IMG/VR virus record: IMGVR_UViG_3300002835_000041
Location: 54,982-118,981 of that record
Reading direction: 5' to 3' (one strand)
DNA from: a virus
Length of the DNA: 64,000 nucleotides
How positions within the stretch are numbered: the first letter of the stretch is position 1; each line of letters begins with the position of its first letter. The notes under the pieces were generated by a model, which was not told the origin of the DNA, did no database searches, and worked only from the letters and a program-made list of their open reading frames with translations. The position numbers and the translations under genes were made by a program. Of this stretch, positions 25,592-35,408 are shown one piece after another.

Positions 25592-26758
25592 ATGTTGCCT
25601 CCAGACGCTCCTGAACTATTTATGCTTTTAAAGAAAGCAACAAAAGGAAACCCATCTGTCAGCATAAATTCAGAAAGCATATTTTTTGCATTTACCAATA
25701 AGGCAGTGGAAGATGTTGCTCTAAACAAATACAACAGTTTTGAAAAAAGCGGTAGACTAAAAGCATTAGACTATGTCCTGGGTGAAGGTCTTATAACCAG
25801 TGAAGAACCTAAGCATATGCACAACAAGAAAGAAATATCTCCAACATTCCACAACGATCATATGGTCGAATATGAAAATAGAATATCTACAATCATAGAC
25901 TCTTTACTTTCTAACTGGTCTGACGAAGTAGATGTTAGAAGGGAAATGGGGTTTTTCGTTTTCAAAAGTATCCTAGAAATATTTTTTTCAGAAAGCATGG
26001 ACGAGTATTTCACGGAAGCAAGAGAAAACGTATCTACAGCATCATATAAAATTGCTAACAGTGTGTACGATGACGAACTGCTTAAGTCAAGAGATGAGTT
26101 AAGAGAGTTTTCTAAAAAAATAGTAGACAAAAGATTAGAGTCTAAAGAAATAAAAAATGATTTTTTAGATATCATCATCAATTCGTACAATAATAAAAAA
26201 ATAGATCTTGACGATCTGTACGACGAAGCAATAACTATGCTATTGGTTGGATATGAAACAACTGCATTTGCATTGGAGTGGGCAGTCTACTATTTGTCGA
26301 TAAATAAAAATTGGCAAGAAAAAATTTCTAGAGAAGAAAATGTTGATGCTTTTATTAATGAGGTTTTGAGAATGTCTCCTCCTATTTGGAATGAATCCAG
26401 GGTAGCGATGGAAGATGTAGAAATAGACGGAGTAATCATACCTACTGGCACACATGTAATGCTAAGTTCTTTGGCCGTACATAGAAACAAAGATGTTTTT
26501 GAAGATCCAGACACCTTTAAACCAGAAAGATGGTTTGGTAATCTAGATTTGTCAAAAGGAGAATATTTTCCATTTTTGTTTGGCAAAAGACAGTGCATCG
26601 GCAAAGAGTTTGCTTTAATGGAAATGAGAATAATGTTAACCAAAATTGCTAAAAAATTCACGGTAGATTTAGCAAGCAATCACACAGGACATACTGCAAC
26701 AATATCCTATAGGCCTAAAGATCCTATTATCATACGTGTCAAAGCAATTGGTGTATAA
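25592..26758 (+). CDS. cytochrome P450
   Basis: I-helix LVGYETT, ExxR (EVLR), PERW, heme motif FLFGKRQCIG; start set at ATG 6 nt after TATACT. Confidence 0.95.
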   Translation: MLPPDAPELFMLLKKATKGNPSVSINSESIFFAFTNKAVEDVALNKYNSFEKSGRLKALDYVLGEGLITSEEPKHMHNKKEISPTFHNDHMVEYENRISTIIDSLLSNWSDEVDVRREMGFFVFKSILEIFFSESMDEYFTEARENVSTASYKIANSVYDDELLKSRDELREFSKKIVDKRLESKEIKNDFLDIIINSYNNKKIDLDDLYDEAITMLLVGYETTAFALEWAVYYLSINKNWQEKISREENVDAFINEVLRMSPPIWNESRVAMEDVEIDGVIIPTGTHVMLSSLAVHRNKDVFEDPDTFKPERWFGNLDLSKGEYFPFLFGKRQCIGKEFALMEMRIMLTKIAKKFTVDLASNHTGHTATISYRPKDPIIIRVKAIGV

Positions 26759-26766
26759 TAGATAGC

Positions 26767-26949
26767 ATGGGAATATTAGACAATTTTGAAAACGCTTTAA
26801 ACGACAACTTTGAGTTTGAATCAAAACCTATGGCCGAAACAGATGCTATGGGCAGAGAGATTTTTTGGGAAGACTTAGGTCGACCAGAAGATACAAACCT
26901 ACTTGCTCAAAACGGTTGCTCTTGTTCTGGCTGTAGTTGTGGCAAATAA
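26767..26949 (+). CDS. small acidic protein with Cys-rich tail
   Basis: ends GCSCSGCSCGK; own TATAAT. Confidence 0.65.
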   Translation: MGILDNFENALNDNFEFESKPMAETDAMGREIFWEDLGRPEDTNLLAQNGCSCSGCSCGK

Positions 26950-26951
26950 TC

Positions 26952-27143
26952 TTAACTAAGAATGCCTCTATTAATAAAGGTTTGATAGATCAAACCAAAC
27001 ATATGCTCTAGCGCTGGACGCTGTTGAATAAGGTTTCTTTCAATTTCTTCATCAGGCATTCCAGTTCCTGCTAGTAATTCAATATTATAAACATTTACTA
27101 CATCGATCATAGTTTCAATAACTTCTTCTCTTGTCATGCCCAT
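26952..27143 (-). CDS. hypothetical protein
   Basis: ORF track; GAGAAAAGG SD. Confidence 0.65.
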   Translation of the reverse strand: MGMTREEVIETMIDVVNVYNIELLAGTGMPDEEIERNLIQQRPALEHMFGLIYQTFINRGILS

Positions 27144-27177
27144 TCCTTTTCTCTTGTATGTTATATTATAGCACTAA

Positions 27178-28146
27178 CTAAAGCCAAGGGCCAACTATAT
27201 GATCGTGTTGGTCACTTAGTGAAATTTCAGATTCTTTTTGAAATTTTTCGTATAGTTCATATGAACCTATTCCGTAGACACCCAGAGATGTATCCCCAGA
27301 TAATATTTTTGCAGCCCTAAAGTAGGAATCTTTATTCATATCTCCCCACTCGGAGTGATCTTGCCAATGAAGAACCCTTTTGTCGCTATCATAGTTTTCA
27401 TTATAAGCATGCCACATATAGTGAAACGATGGATTAATTAGTTTAACTCCCCTGGTGTAAAACCTCAAGGCCAGAGTTGGCTCTTCGCCAATAAAATACA
27501 GTTCTTTATCGTACGGTATTTCTTTTATAATCTTTGACTCACAAAACAAAGAGTTAGCACATAAAAAATATGCTTCATATCCATATTTAAAATAATCGCA
27601 CTCGTACCAAAATGGCTGAGGCATGGTGTCTTCATCTTTCCACCCCATAGCCCCTCTCATTGGCACTTTTTCAAAATCGTAGAACTCTTCTATTCCAGTT
27701 TCGTGATCTCTTCTAAATCCTTCTGGGTGCATAGTAAACGCAATCTCAGATTGCCAGTAATCTTTACAGGCGACATAGTTTTCTGTTACTACTTTATCCC
27801 AATCATCAATAAATCTAGAATGGGAGTCTATCTGTAAAAAATAATCAGTATGTATATCCCTAGAGACAATCTCCCTAGCCCAGCATGCGCCTCTACTTTC
27901 AGAAAAATGGTATTTCACATATCTGATTTGAGACTCTGGTATAAAAGACAAATCAGGATGTTCAGATTCATCGGCTTGAGAAACAATTGAAAAAAATAGT
28001 CTATCTCTATACTTTGCATTATAGTATGCGCTAGTTACTGTATTTACAAGATCAGGATCTCTATAACTTGCAATTGAAATAAAAATTGTTTTTGATTTTG
28101 ATGGAACAAAGCGACTAGCAATTAAAGGTACGTTAATCAATTCCAA
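27178..28146 (-). CDS. GT60/Gnt1-like polypeptide (hydroxyproline) GlcNAc-transferase
   Basis: TIFISIASYRDP, SRGACWAR, FLQIDSHSRF..DWD, EE..L.LR.YT.G. Confidence 0.85.
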   Translation of the reverse strand: MELINVPLIASRFVPSKSKTIFISIASYRDPDLVNTVTSAYYNAKYRDRLFFSIVSQADESEHPDLSFIPESQIRYVKYHFSESRGACWAREIVSRDIHTDYFLQIDSHSRFIDDWDKVVTENYVACKDYWQSEIAFTMHPEGFRRDHETGIEEFYDFEKVPMRGAMGWKDEDTMPQPFWYECDYFKYGYEAYFLCANSLFCESKIIKEIPYDKELYFIGEEPTLALRFYTRGVKLINPSFHYMWHAYNENYDSDKRVLHWQDHSEWGDMNKDSYFRAAKILSGDTSLGVYGIGSYELYEKFQKESEISLSDQHDHIVGPWL

Positions 28147-28907
28147 TCAACCACTTCGTCATAGGTAACGCTATACTCTCCTGTGAATATTTCTGCATAA
28201 GATATGATGTCTTTATTGTACCTTGTAAGGGTGTTTTTACCGACTTTGTCACATAGATACTTTGTACCATTAGTTAGTACCTCAAAAGCCATCTCTTGCC
28301 CTTGTAAGGCGTTATTGAGGGTATCTATGTACCTTGCCTTACCATAACGCTTTGATGTAAAAGATTGATCAACATAATCAAACCTTGCTTGTGCATCATT
28401 TCTTTTTGCAATGTCCGAATTGTCTATTATGTACTTTGTTGCAGGATGTTCCATCCGTGTTGACCAGTTTCGCATGTTATCGCTGTATCTCTCCATGTTC
28501 TTGAGAGTTGAATCAGCGAAAGCCATGCGTATAAGGTCTTGTTCGGATAGGTCAGCCTCTATTGCGAACGAAATCAAAAAAGCGGTTGCGAAAGGAAACT
28601 TGTCGCTATATGTCGAAACGCCGAAGTGAACATTCGGATTAAATGACTCGACTGACATATTGTCTTCTAATAGTCGCATATGATTTCCGAGAGATACATA
28701 CTCTTGTCGATTCATATCGCAGTCGACGAACAAGCATTCTTCTGGATTGATCCCGTCGGCGAGACATAAAATATTTTTGTCGTACGAACCCACTATTTTC
28801 GAACCGTTAAAACGCTCTAGTAATTTTGCGGACATAAAACCATCCATGTCGGGGGATATAATTAAATTCCTAGAATACTCCAGTGTATCCAGTATGTCTG
28901 TTTTCAT
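28137..28907 (-). CDS. possible DHH-like phosphoesterase
   Basis: ISPDMDGFMSA (DxDG), LFVDCD, GNH; canonical DHH not seen. Confidence 0.45.
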   Translation of the reverse strand: MKTDILDTLEYSRNLIISPDMDGFMSAKLLERFNGSKIVGSYDKNILCLADGINPEECLFVDCDMNRQEYVSLGNHMRLLEDNMSVESFNPNVHFGVSTYSDKFPFATAFLISFAIEADLSEQDLIRMAFADSTLKNMERYSDNMRNWSTRMEHPATKYIIDNSDIAKRNDAQARFDYVDQSFTSKRYGKARYIDTLNNALQGQEMAFEVLTNGTKYLCDKVGKNTLTRYNKDIISYAEIFTGEYSVTYDEVVDWN

Positions 28908-28939
28908 TTTTTAAATATACCCCTTATAATAATTTTATT

Positions 28940-29191
28940 ATGACAGTACAAGACTGGGCTTCTCTTATAGTAGCCATACTTACAATTGTATCATCAATCG
29001 CCTTCGCAATCAAGTGGATGGTAAAACATTATCTCAGCGAACTTAAGCCCAATTCTGGATCATCGATAAAAGATCAAGTTTCAAGATTAGAGAATCGTCT
29101 AAACGAAGCAGACAAAACACGTAAAGATATGGATCGCAAATTAGATCACATGTATGATATTCTTATTGAGTATATTGCAAAATCTAAGTAA
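28940..29191 (+). CDS. single-TM membrane protein with coiled-coil tail (holin-like)
   Basis: N-terminal TM helix, ELKPNSGSS, heptad tail; start at MTVQDW. Confidence 0.6.
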   Translation: MTVQDWASLIVAILTIVSSIAFAIKWMVKHYLSELKPNSGSSIKDQVSRLENRLNEADKTRKDMDRKLDHMYDILIEYIAKSK

Positions 29192-29464
29192 CTATATATA
29201 CTATATATAAGATATCTTTTAAAACTATAAAGATAGTTCTTTTTTCTTATATATTTAAAGTATACACTATCCCTAATCTGGCTAAAATAGACTTATGGTA
29301 ACAAATCGGACATTGTCTATTATAACAATTGTATAACAATTATAAAACCTTTACTTTAATGTCCATTTTGTCTATTATGGTATAATTTATTACTGGCTAA
29401 TACCTTGGTTTGTCCTATACCCACCAATCAAGGTATTAGTCTTTTTTATGGTATAATCATTATT

Positions 29465-29845
29465 ATGGCTACACATGGACCAGAAGTATTTGGAGCAGAC
29501 CCTGCTCGTATAAAATGGCAAATAGTTAGGGGAGACACCTCTCCGCTTCGTGTGGAATTTTTGCAAGATGATGAAGCAACATATTTTGATACATCTGATT
29601 GGACCTTTGAGGCTACTTCTTATGATCCTCAGTCTGATGCTCTTGATTCCCTGGAAGTTTCACGTGGAACAGGATATGTAGATATAATGGCTCCATCTTC
29701 AGTTACAGCACTATGGGGAACTGGCTACAAAGCAATAGTAACAGAATTAACTTTTGATCTACAAGTTACAATTGACTCAGATACAGTTTGGACTCCTTTG
29801 ATTGGAACTATTTCAGTCATTGGTGATGTTACAGGTAGTTTGTAA
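29465..29845 (+). CDS. BppU-N/Ig-like minor virion protein
   Basis: W.IVRGDT motif; paralogue of 40420-40836. Confidence 0.55.
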   Translation: MATHGPEVFGADPARIKWQIVRGDTSPLRVEFLQDDEATYFDTSDWTFEATSYDPQSDALDSLEVSRGTGYVDIMAPSSVTALWGTGYKAIVTELTFDLQVTIDSDTVWTPLIGTISVIGDVTGSL

Positions 29846-29931
29846 TGGCAGTAGTTAAAGTTTCAACTCCAAGGCCAGAGTTGCCTCCAGTAATTAGAAT
29901 TAAAAATAAAACATTTAAAGTAAATAAATAA
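29845..29931 (+). CDS. 28-aa peptide
   Basis: TAATG overlap; MAVVKVSTPRPELPPVIRIKNKTFKVNK. Confidence 0.55.
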   Translation: MAVVKVSTPRPELPPVIRIKNKTFKVNK

Positions 29932-29949
29932 TCATGAGATAATGTCTTT

Positions 29950-30681
29950 ATGGCTGCTTCTAAATCAATGGACTTTCCTAGTGCAAAAAAATCTAGTTAT
30001 GCTGCACAAGTAGAACAAAGCCAAACATCTAACTATCAAGAAAATACATTGTCTTTTCTTCCAGTTCCTGGACCACAAGGACCGCAAGGACCAGCAGGTA
30101 AAGATGGAAAAGATGGCTTGCCTGGCCCAGCAGGTCCAGAAGGACAAAGGGGACCAAAAGGAGAAAAAGGACAATCTGGACAAAACGGACTAAGTTCTTT
30201 ATCGTCTTCAGGACAGCAGGCTGGTTGGGCATCTTACACAAACAGCATTAATAAACCAATAAAACTTGGAATATCCCAGGGTGACGATGGATGGGTTACA
30301 TTGTTGCTAGATACAAAAGATAAAACTCAAAATGAAGTCTACATTCCAAAAGGATGTACTAGTCTTTGGAACAGTCATCAGAGAGCCCTAAACTTCCACG
30401 GCATCAAAGAAGGATCCCAAGTGTTCGTAACATATAACTTTGAACTAACCACATATACTTCTAATACTGAGGTTTGGCTAAGGACATATTTTGCAAGCAA
30501 GGGGCAAGAGTTTGTTAACTTTGTTGGTTCCCTTAAATATCAAAACACATACAACCTTTCAGTTACTCAAAATATATTTATTGAGAATCAGTCTATGTGG
30601 GGCAATGGGGCAGTTCCTCAAATACGAACAGACTTTGATGCATCGGTAATACTCAATTCTGTATATGTCAGCGTGGTATAA
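29950..30681 (+). CDS. collagen-like (Gly-X-Y) virion protein
   Basis: GPQGPQGPAGKDGKDGLPGPAGPEGQRGPKGEKG. Confidence 0.85.
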   Translation: MAASKSMDFPSAKKSSYAAQVEQSQTSNYQENTLSFLPVPGPQGPQGPAGKDGKDGLPGPAGPEGQRGPKGEKGQSGQNGLSSLSSSGQQAGWASYTNSINKPIKLGISQGDDGWVTLLLDTKDKTQNEVYIPKGCTSLWNSHQRALNFHGIKEGSQVFVTYNFELTTYTSNTEVWLRTYFASKGQEFVNFVGSLKYQNTYNLSVTQNIFIENQSMWGNGAVPQIRTDFDASVILNSVYVSVV

Positions 30682-30688
30682 TAAAACC

Positions 30689-31471
30689 ATGGCATTTCCA
30701 GCGACCTATGACTTTAATTACTATAAGGGTGATACCTTTGAGTTTCGTATCTACCCAAAAAAGAACGATGGAACAGCACACCTTTTAAGTGCTTTTAATG
30801 TGCCAACAAACTTTGCCAACAACCCAGACTATGTTTTAGACACATCAGCGCCATACGATAGCGCACAGTTTTCAATTGCCTCAGCCCGTGGTGCAACTCA
30901 AATTATAAATGGAGTTTCTACACCAGTAGTTCCAATTAGATGCTTTGCTAGAATATCCGACGACGGAACATTTGTTCAGTGTGCAATTAGACCATCCGAC
31001 TCAGTTGCCCTAAACGCTGGAACAGAATATGTTTATGATGTTGAAGTAAGAGCAGCAGAAGGAAATTACGACAATCCATTTTATGAAAAAGTATACACTC
31101 TAATGACAGGTAAAATAACAGTAACAGATCAGATTACTGGAGCAAGAGAAAATACTAGTGCCACTTTGTCAAACTATAATATTAGAGGAGTTACTAAGCC
31201 AGTTAAGGGAGCAACCCCAGTAACATCTGTTTTTGAAACAGCAGAACATTCAGGAACTGTTGCTTGGTTTGAGTCAGATGCAACTACACCACTGGTTGGA
31301 AACTTTGTTGCTTCCACTTCTTATGTTGCAAAGATTACGCTAACTGTAAAACCTCCATACTATATTACTGGAACCCCAGCAAACAGATTTACAGTAGAGC
31401 ATGCAACAGTTGTTACAAACGCAATTAACTCAGGAATAGTTACTGCAGTATTCCCTGCAACAGGGGCTTAG
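30689..31471 (+). CDS. BppU-N-like plus Ig-like minor virion protein
   Basis: YYKGDTFEF, YVYDVEV; C-terminal P..G.TP Ig-like repeat. Confidence 0.6.
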   Translation: MAFPATYDFNYYKGDTFEFRIYPKKNDGTAHLLSAFNVPTNFANNPDYVLDTSAPYDSAQFSIASARGATQIINGVSTPVVPIRCFARISDDGTFVQCAIRPSDSVALNAGTEYVYDVEVRAAEGNYDNPFYEKVYTLMTGKITVTDQITGARENTSATLSNYNIRGVTKPVKGATPVTSVFETAEHSGTVAWFESDATTPLVGNFVASTSYVAKITLTVKPPYYITGTPANRFTVEHATVVTNAINSGIVTAVFPATGA

Positions 31472-31473
31472 TC

Positions 31474-32070
31474 GTGGCAGATATACTTTTATCTAATGAT
31501 GACCTAACAGTTTTTGGTGGACCAGAAACAATTAGCCTTGATTTAGATTTTGGACCAACTGGTGATCGTGGAAGTATCATTATTGGAGTCCAGGGAGATC
31601 CAAGGCAAAAGTTTGTTAATGATTCAATTTCTCAAGACATCCAGGCATTAGATATTGCAATAGACTATAGCCCATCTTCTCCAACATACAAAACAGTATT
31701 TCAAAGAATCTCAGGTCCTACTGAAACACAATGGATTCCTCTAGTTAGTTTAAAGTCAAACTTTTATTCAGAAACCAAAGGGCCCTTAACACCAGTAGGT
31801 GGCAAAATAACTATTGCACCCATAAACCTTGCAGACATTTATGATCTATCAGAAGGAACAGTCACTTCTTCAAGATTTAGCGTACAGTACTCTATATCTT
31901 CACCAGAAAGTGCTGGACCTCTAGCAACAAACCTAATTATAAAAGAACTAAACACTACTCAAGGATTTATCGCTTTGCCACTTGAAATAGAAGGAATAGA
32001 ATATCTAGATGGAGAATGGGTACCTATGGCTGGCCCAAAGTATGTTCATCTTTTTATTACGGTGGTATAA
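31474..32070 (+). CDS. hypothetical virion protein
   Basis: GTG start; GPTGDRGS. Confidence 0.7.
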   Translation: MADILLSNDDLTVFGGPETISLDLDFGPTGDRGSIIIGVQGDPRQKFVNDSISQDIQALDIAIDYSPSSPTYKTVFQRISGPTETQWIPLVSLKSNFYSETKGPLTPVGGKITIAPINLADIYDLSEGTVTSSRFSVQYSISSPESAGPLATNLIIKELNTTQGFIALPLEIEGIEYLDGEWVPMAGPKYVHLFITVV

Positions 32071-32089
32071 TGAAAAAGGGTGATCTATA

Positions 32090-34753
32090 ATGGCAGCAGA
32101 GAATATTGATGGTACTATCAATGGTACTGGCCTGTTCCCTGCAAAAATACCTGGTCTTTCAGATGCAGCCGATATTCAGGCAGCGCTAAGACTTTATCAC
32201 TACGGATCATATACCTATGACGGTGCTAACACAAATGAAGCAACCTTGCTTGCAAACCCATCTGTTGCAGCACATCTACAAACTCTTAAAAATGCTGATG
32301 CAGCAGAAGTAACAAACAGAAATGCTGCAATTGCTGTAGAAACAACAAATAGAAATACTGCAATTACAACACACAATGCAGCAACAACAAATGTTCACGG
32401 AATAGCAAATACAGCAAACCTTGCAACACAGCAATTTGTAGCAACTGCAGTTACAACTGCAATAAGCGGTGCTACTGGAGGATATCCTGCTCTTGCAGGA
32501 GATGCTATTGATTGGAACTCTGTTGACGCAAGATTTGATGTTGTTCCACAACTTGCAAATGTTGGAACAGTTATAACAAAAACAGAAAACTTTATCTTAT
32601 CACCCGATGATGTTGGAAAGACTGCTATTTTGTATTCTTCTAACCCAATAGTTGTGACTCTTCCAGCAAACGCTTTAGTAGAAATTCCAGTGGGATATTC
32701 AATTGATATAATTCAAACAGGCACTGGTTCAGTAACTGTATCTGAAGGCAGTGACGCTGTTTCAATTAATAGCAAGGCTGGAATAAAATCTCTAGATGGA
32801 CAATATTCAAAAGGTACTCTGGTTAAAATAGACACCAATACATGGTTTTTTTTTGGAAACTTACTTAACGTAGTAGTTCCAACACCTGTTCCAACACCTG
32901 TAGCACCAGTTCCAGTTCCAACACCTGCAGTAGTTCCTGTTGCACCAACACCAATAGTTTCTCCAGTTGCCCCTGTTGTTCAGCCAACTGCTCCAACACC
33001 AATAGTTTCTCCAGTTGTTCAACCTACAACTCCAGTTGCTCAAACACCTACTCTTGCAACCCCATCACTTTCTGTAAGTATGGGACCAGACGGATTTAAT
33101 GGTGCAGTTTATGCAAATGTTACAGTAACAAATCATAGTAATGATAATACATACACATCAAATCTTGGAACACAAAACCCTGAGTTCCCAGAAGAATTTA
33201 ATATTTCTGGATTAACTAGTGGTCAATCTTACACAGTTTATATAACTGCATCTCGTTCTGGATATACAAGTGCTCAAGGATCTATAACCTTTACCGCAAA
33301 TGCAGTGGCTCCAACACCTGTAGCAACTCCAACAAGTCCAGTTGCTCCTGTTCCTGCAGTTGCTCCTGTTACTCCAACTGCTCAACCTAACTACTATGTT
33401 TTCACATATTATGACGGAAAATGTAACTACATAGTGTATGATTTCCTTGATAATGAAATAGGAACATACTCAACAAATCTTTGTACAAATTCTGGAACAG
33501 ATGCTTCTGGGGCAACTCTTCCAAGTTGTAGTAATTCAGGTTGTGTTTCTACTACACCAGTTGCTCCTGTACCAGCACCAACACCAGCACCAACTCCTAC
33601 GGTAATTGTTGCACCAGGAACAGTTTATTTATCATATTGTGATCCTCAAGGTGGGCCACAAGTTGAATCATATGCAATTAATGCAGACAACATTCTTTCT
33701 ACAAATATTAATACTGCATGTGCAACATACTATGATGTCTTAAGTTACGCAGGAGCAACAAATATTCAGTGCTCTACTGCTTCATCGCCTGGAGCCCCAT
33801 CATGTGGAACCGCCCCAGCACCGACACCAGTTGCTGCTCCAGTTGCTCCTGTAGCACCAGTTCCAGTACCAGTTGCGCCTACACCAGTTCCAGCAGTACA
33901 GACTTCTACAATTTATCACGCAGTATGCTTTAGTGATGGCGGTACAAGCAATGACTCAAGCACAGTTCCAAATATGCTTTATTCCGATTGTACAACTTAC
34001 CGAGCATTTGTACTAAGTATTGATCCAGGAGCATCTATAAATTGTTCTGCTTCAGGGCCAGTTTCTTTACCAGGATGTGTTGCACCTACACCAGCACCAA
34101 CACCTGTAGTACCTGTAGCGCCAGTTCCAGCACCAGTTGCTCCTGTAGCGCCAGTTCCAGCACCAACAGCACTAACATGTCCAAACAATGACACCTATGG
34201 AGTTACAAGTGGAGGAGTCTACAGTGGTTCTTGCCCTGATGGTTCATGTCCAGGATGTAGCAATTACCAAGAGAAGTGGTACAAGTGCTCTGATGGAAGT
34301 TCAGGAACTAAGTTCTATGTAGGTCTTGGATGTAGCACACCTGTAGCACCTGCACCTGTTGCACCTGCACCTGTTGCACCTGCACCTGTTGCACCTAGCC
34401 CTGCTCCTACTGCAGCACTAGACTGTACAGCGTGTACTGGATATAGCGGACTTGCAGGAACAGAAGTACAAGACTGTTCTGATGGATGCGGAACTAGAAC
34501 ATTGTGTAGAACGCCTCTAGGATGTGCCAACTACTACTTAAATGAATGTCCAGGTTGTGCTGCTCCTACACCAGTTGCTCCTACACCTGCTGCTGCGACA
34601 CCTACAGCGTCTTCACCAACAGCATGCGTTGCAAACTGCGTATTTGATGGTTATACCTGTAATGGATGGGCAGCAACATATACTTATATTAACTATGGAT
34701 GTGGAGGAGCAAGTGCTTGCCCTCCTTATACCGATAATTTTGGTTGTGCATAA
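32090..34753 (+). CDS. Pro/Ala/Val/Thr-rich, Cys-rich fibre protein (887 aa)
   Basis: N-terminal fibre anchor shared with 45678; many PVAP/PAPTP linkers; FN3-like and Cys-rich modules. Confidence 0.85.
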   Translation: MAAENIDGTINGTGLFPAKIPGLSDAADIQAALRLYHYGSYTYDGANTNEATLLANPSVAAHLQTLKNADAAEVTNRNAAIAVETTNRNTAITTHNAATTNVHGIANTANLATQQFVATAVTTAISGATGGYPALAGDAIDWNSVDARFDVVPQLANVGTVITKTENFILSPDDVGKTAILYSSNPIVVTLPANALVEIPVGYSIDIIQTGTGSVTVSEGSDAVSINSKAGIKSLDGQYSKGTLVKIDTNTWFFFGNLLNVVVPTPVPTPVAPVPVPTPAVVPVAPTPIVSPVAPVVQPTAPTPIVSPVVQPTTPVAQTPTLATPSLSVSMGPDGFNGAVYANVTVTNHSNDNTYTSNLGTQNPEFPEEFNISGLTSGQSYTVYITASRSGYTSAQGSITFTANAVAPTPVATPTSPVAPVPAVAPVTPTAQPNYYVFTYYDGKCNYIVYDFLDNEIGTYSTNLCTNSGTDASGATLPSCSNSGCVSTTPVAPVPAPTPAPTPTVIVAPGTVYLSYCDPQGGPQVESYAINADNILSTNINTACATYYDVLSYAGATNIQCSTASSPGAPSCGTAPAPTPVAAPVAPVAPVPVPVAPTPVPAVQTSTIYHAVCFSDGGTSNDSSTVPNMLYSDCTTYRAFVLSIDPGASINCSASGPVSLPGCVAPTPAPTPVVPVAPVPAPVAPVAPVPAPTALTCPNNDTYGVTSGGVYSGSCPDGSCPGCSNYQEKWYKCSDGSSGTKFYVGLGCSTPVAPAPVAPAPVAPAPVAPSPAPTAALDCTACTGYSGLAGTEVQDCSDGCGTRTLCRTPLGCANYYLNECPGCAAPTPVAPTPAAATPTASSPTACVANCVFDGYTCNGWAATYTYINYGCGGASACPPYTDNFGCA
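34340..34396 (+). repeat. 15-nt tandem repeat encoding PVAPA
   Basis: CCTGT(A/T)GCACCTGCA x ~4. Confidence 0.85.
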
Positions 34754-34790
34754 AAATGCAATATGATATACTATATTAAAAGGAGAAAAA

Positions 34791-35168
34791 ATGCAATTTA
34801 AATTAAATGCTGAAGACGAAGTCATTGATTTTATTTATATAGAGACAGACACTGAGACAGGTTTGCCAGTAAGAGATACAGATGTTTTGGTATTTAATTC
34901 ACTATCTTCTAGTCCATCTGTTGTAGAAATAACTGATTTAGAATATAATCCAGAGCAGGGCTCTATTTGGAACGGTAAAGATTTTATAGATCCAGAAAAT
35001 AGAGAACCAAGACCTCTTGCTAAAAAAGATGATGGTTTTAGAAAGTTTGCATTTATTGTAGACAACGAATATAAGTTTTTCTATGGTGTTGCAGATACAC
35101 CAGAAAACGGAATGAAGATTGCAATTCTTTCTAGCAATCCACAAGTTACAATTGGAGAGGAAATATAA
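34791..35168 (+). CDS. hypothetical protein
   Basis: AGGAG SD; A(I/L)LSS.P motif. Confidence 0.75.
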   Translation: MQFKLNAEDEVIDFIYIETDTETGLPVRDTDVLVFNSLSSSPSVVEITDLEYNPEQGSIWNGKDFIDPENREPRPLAKKDDGFRKFAFIVDNEYKFFYGVADTPENGMKIAILSSNPQVTIGEEI

Positions 35169-35407
35169 TGGAAGAGAATCTATCGCCACTGCAAAAATAC
35201 AAGCAGATGCTTGGAGATACAAGACCTTGGGATGTTGTAAATCCAAATACTGAGTGGGCAGATGAAGAAGTAGCAAAAGAAAGATTTTCCATCTGTAAAG
35301 GATGTCCAGAATTAATTAAACTAACTAGTCAATGTAAAAAGTGTGGCTGCCTTATGAAAGTAAAAACAAAATTAGAAAAAGCGGTTTGCCCACTAGGAAA
35401 GTGGTAA
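35168..35407 (+). CDS. small Cys-rich metal-binding protein
   Basis: R..IC..CP...CKKCGC.M..K....A.CP.GKW. Confidence 0.8.
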   Translation: MEENLSPLQKYKQMLGDTRPWDVVNPNTEWADEEVAKERFSICKGCPELIKLTSQCKKCGCLMKVKTKLEKAVCPLGKW

Positions 35408-35408
35408 A

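Noticed and set aside
32276-34825. Cys-rich or Trp/Asn-rich alternative-frame ORFs within the fibre gene
   Set aside because: By-products of Pro/Ala/Thr codon repeats (CCA/GCA/ACA) in the real frame
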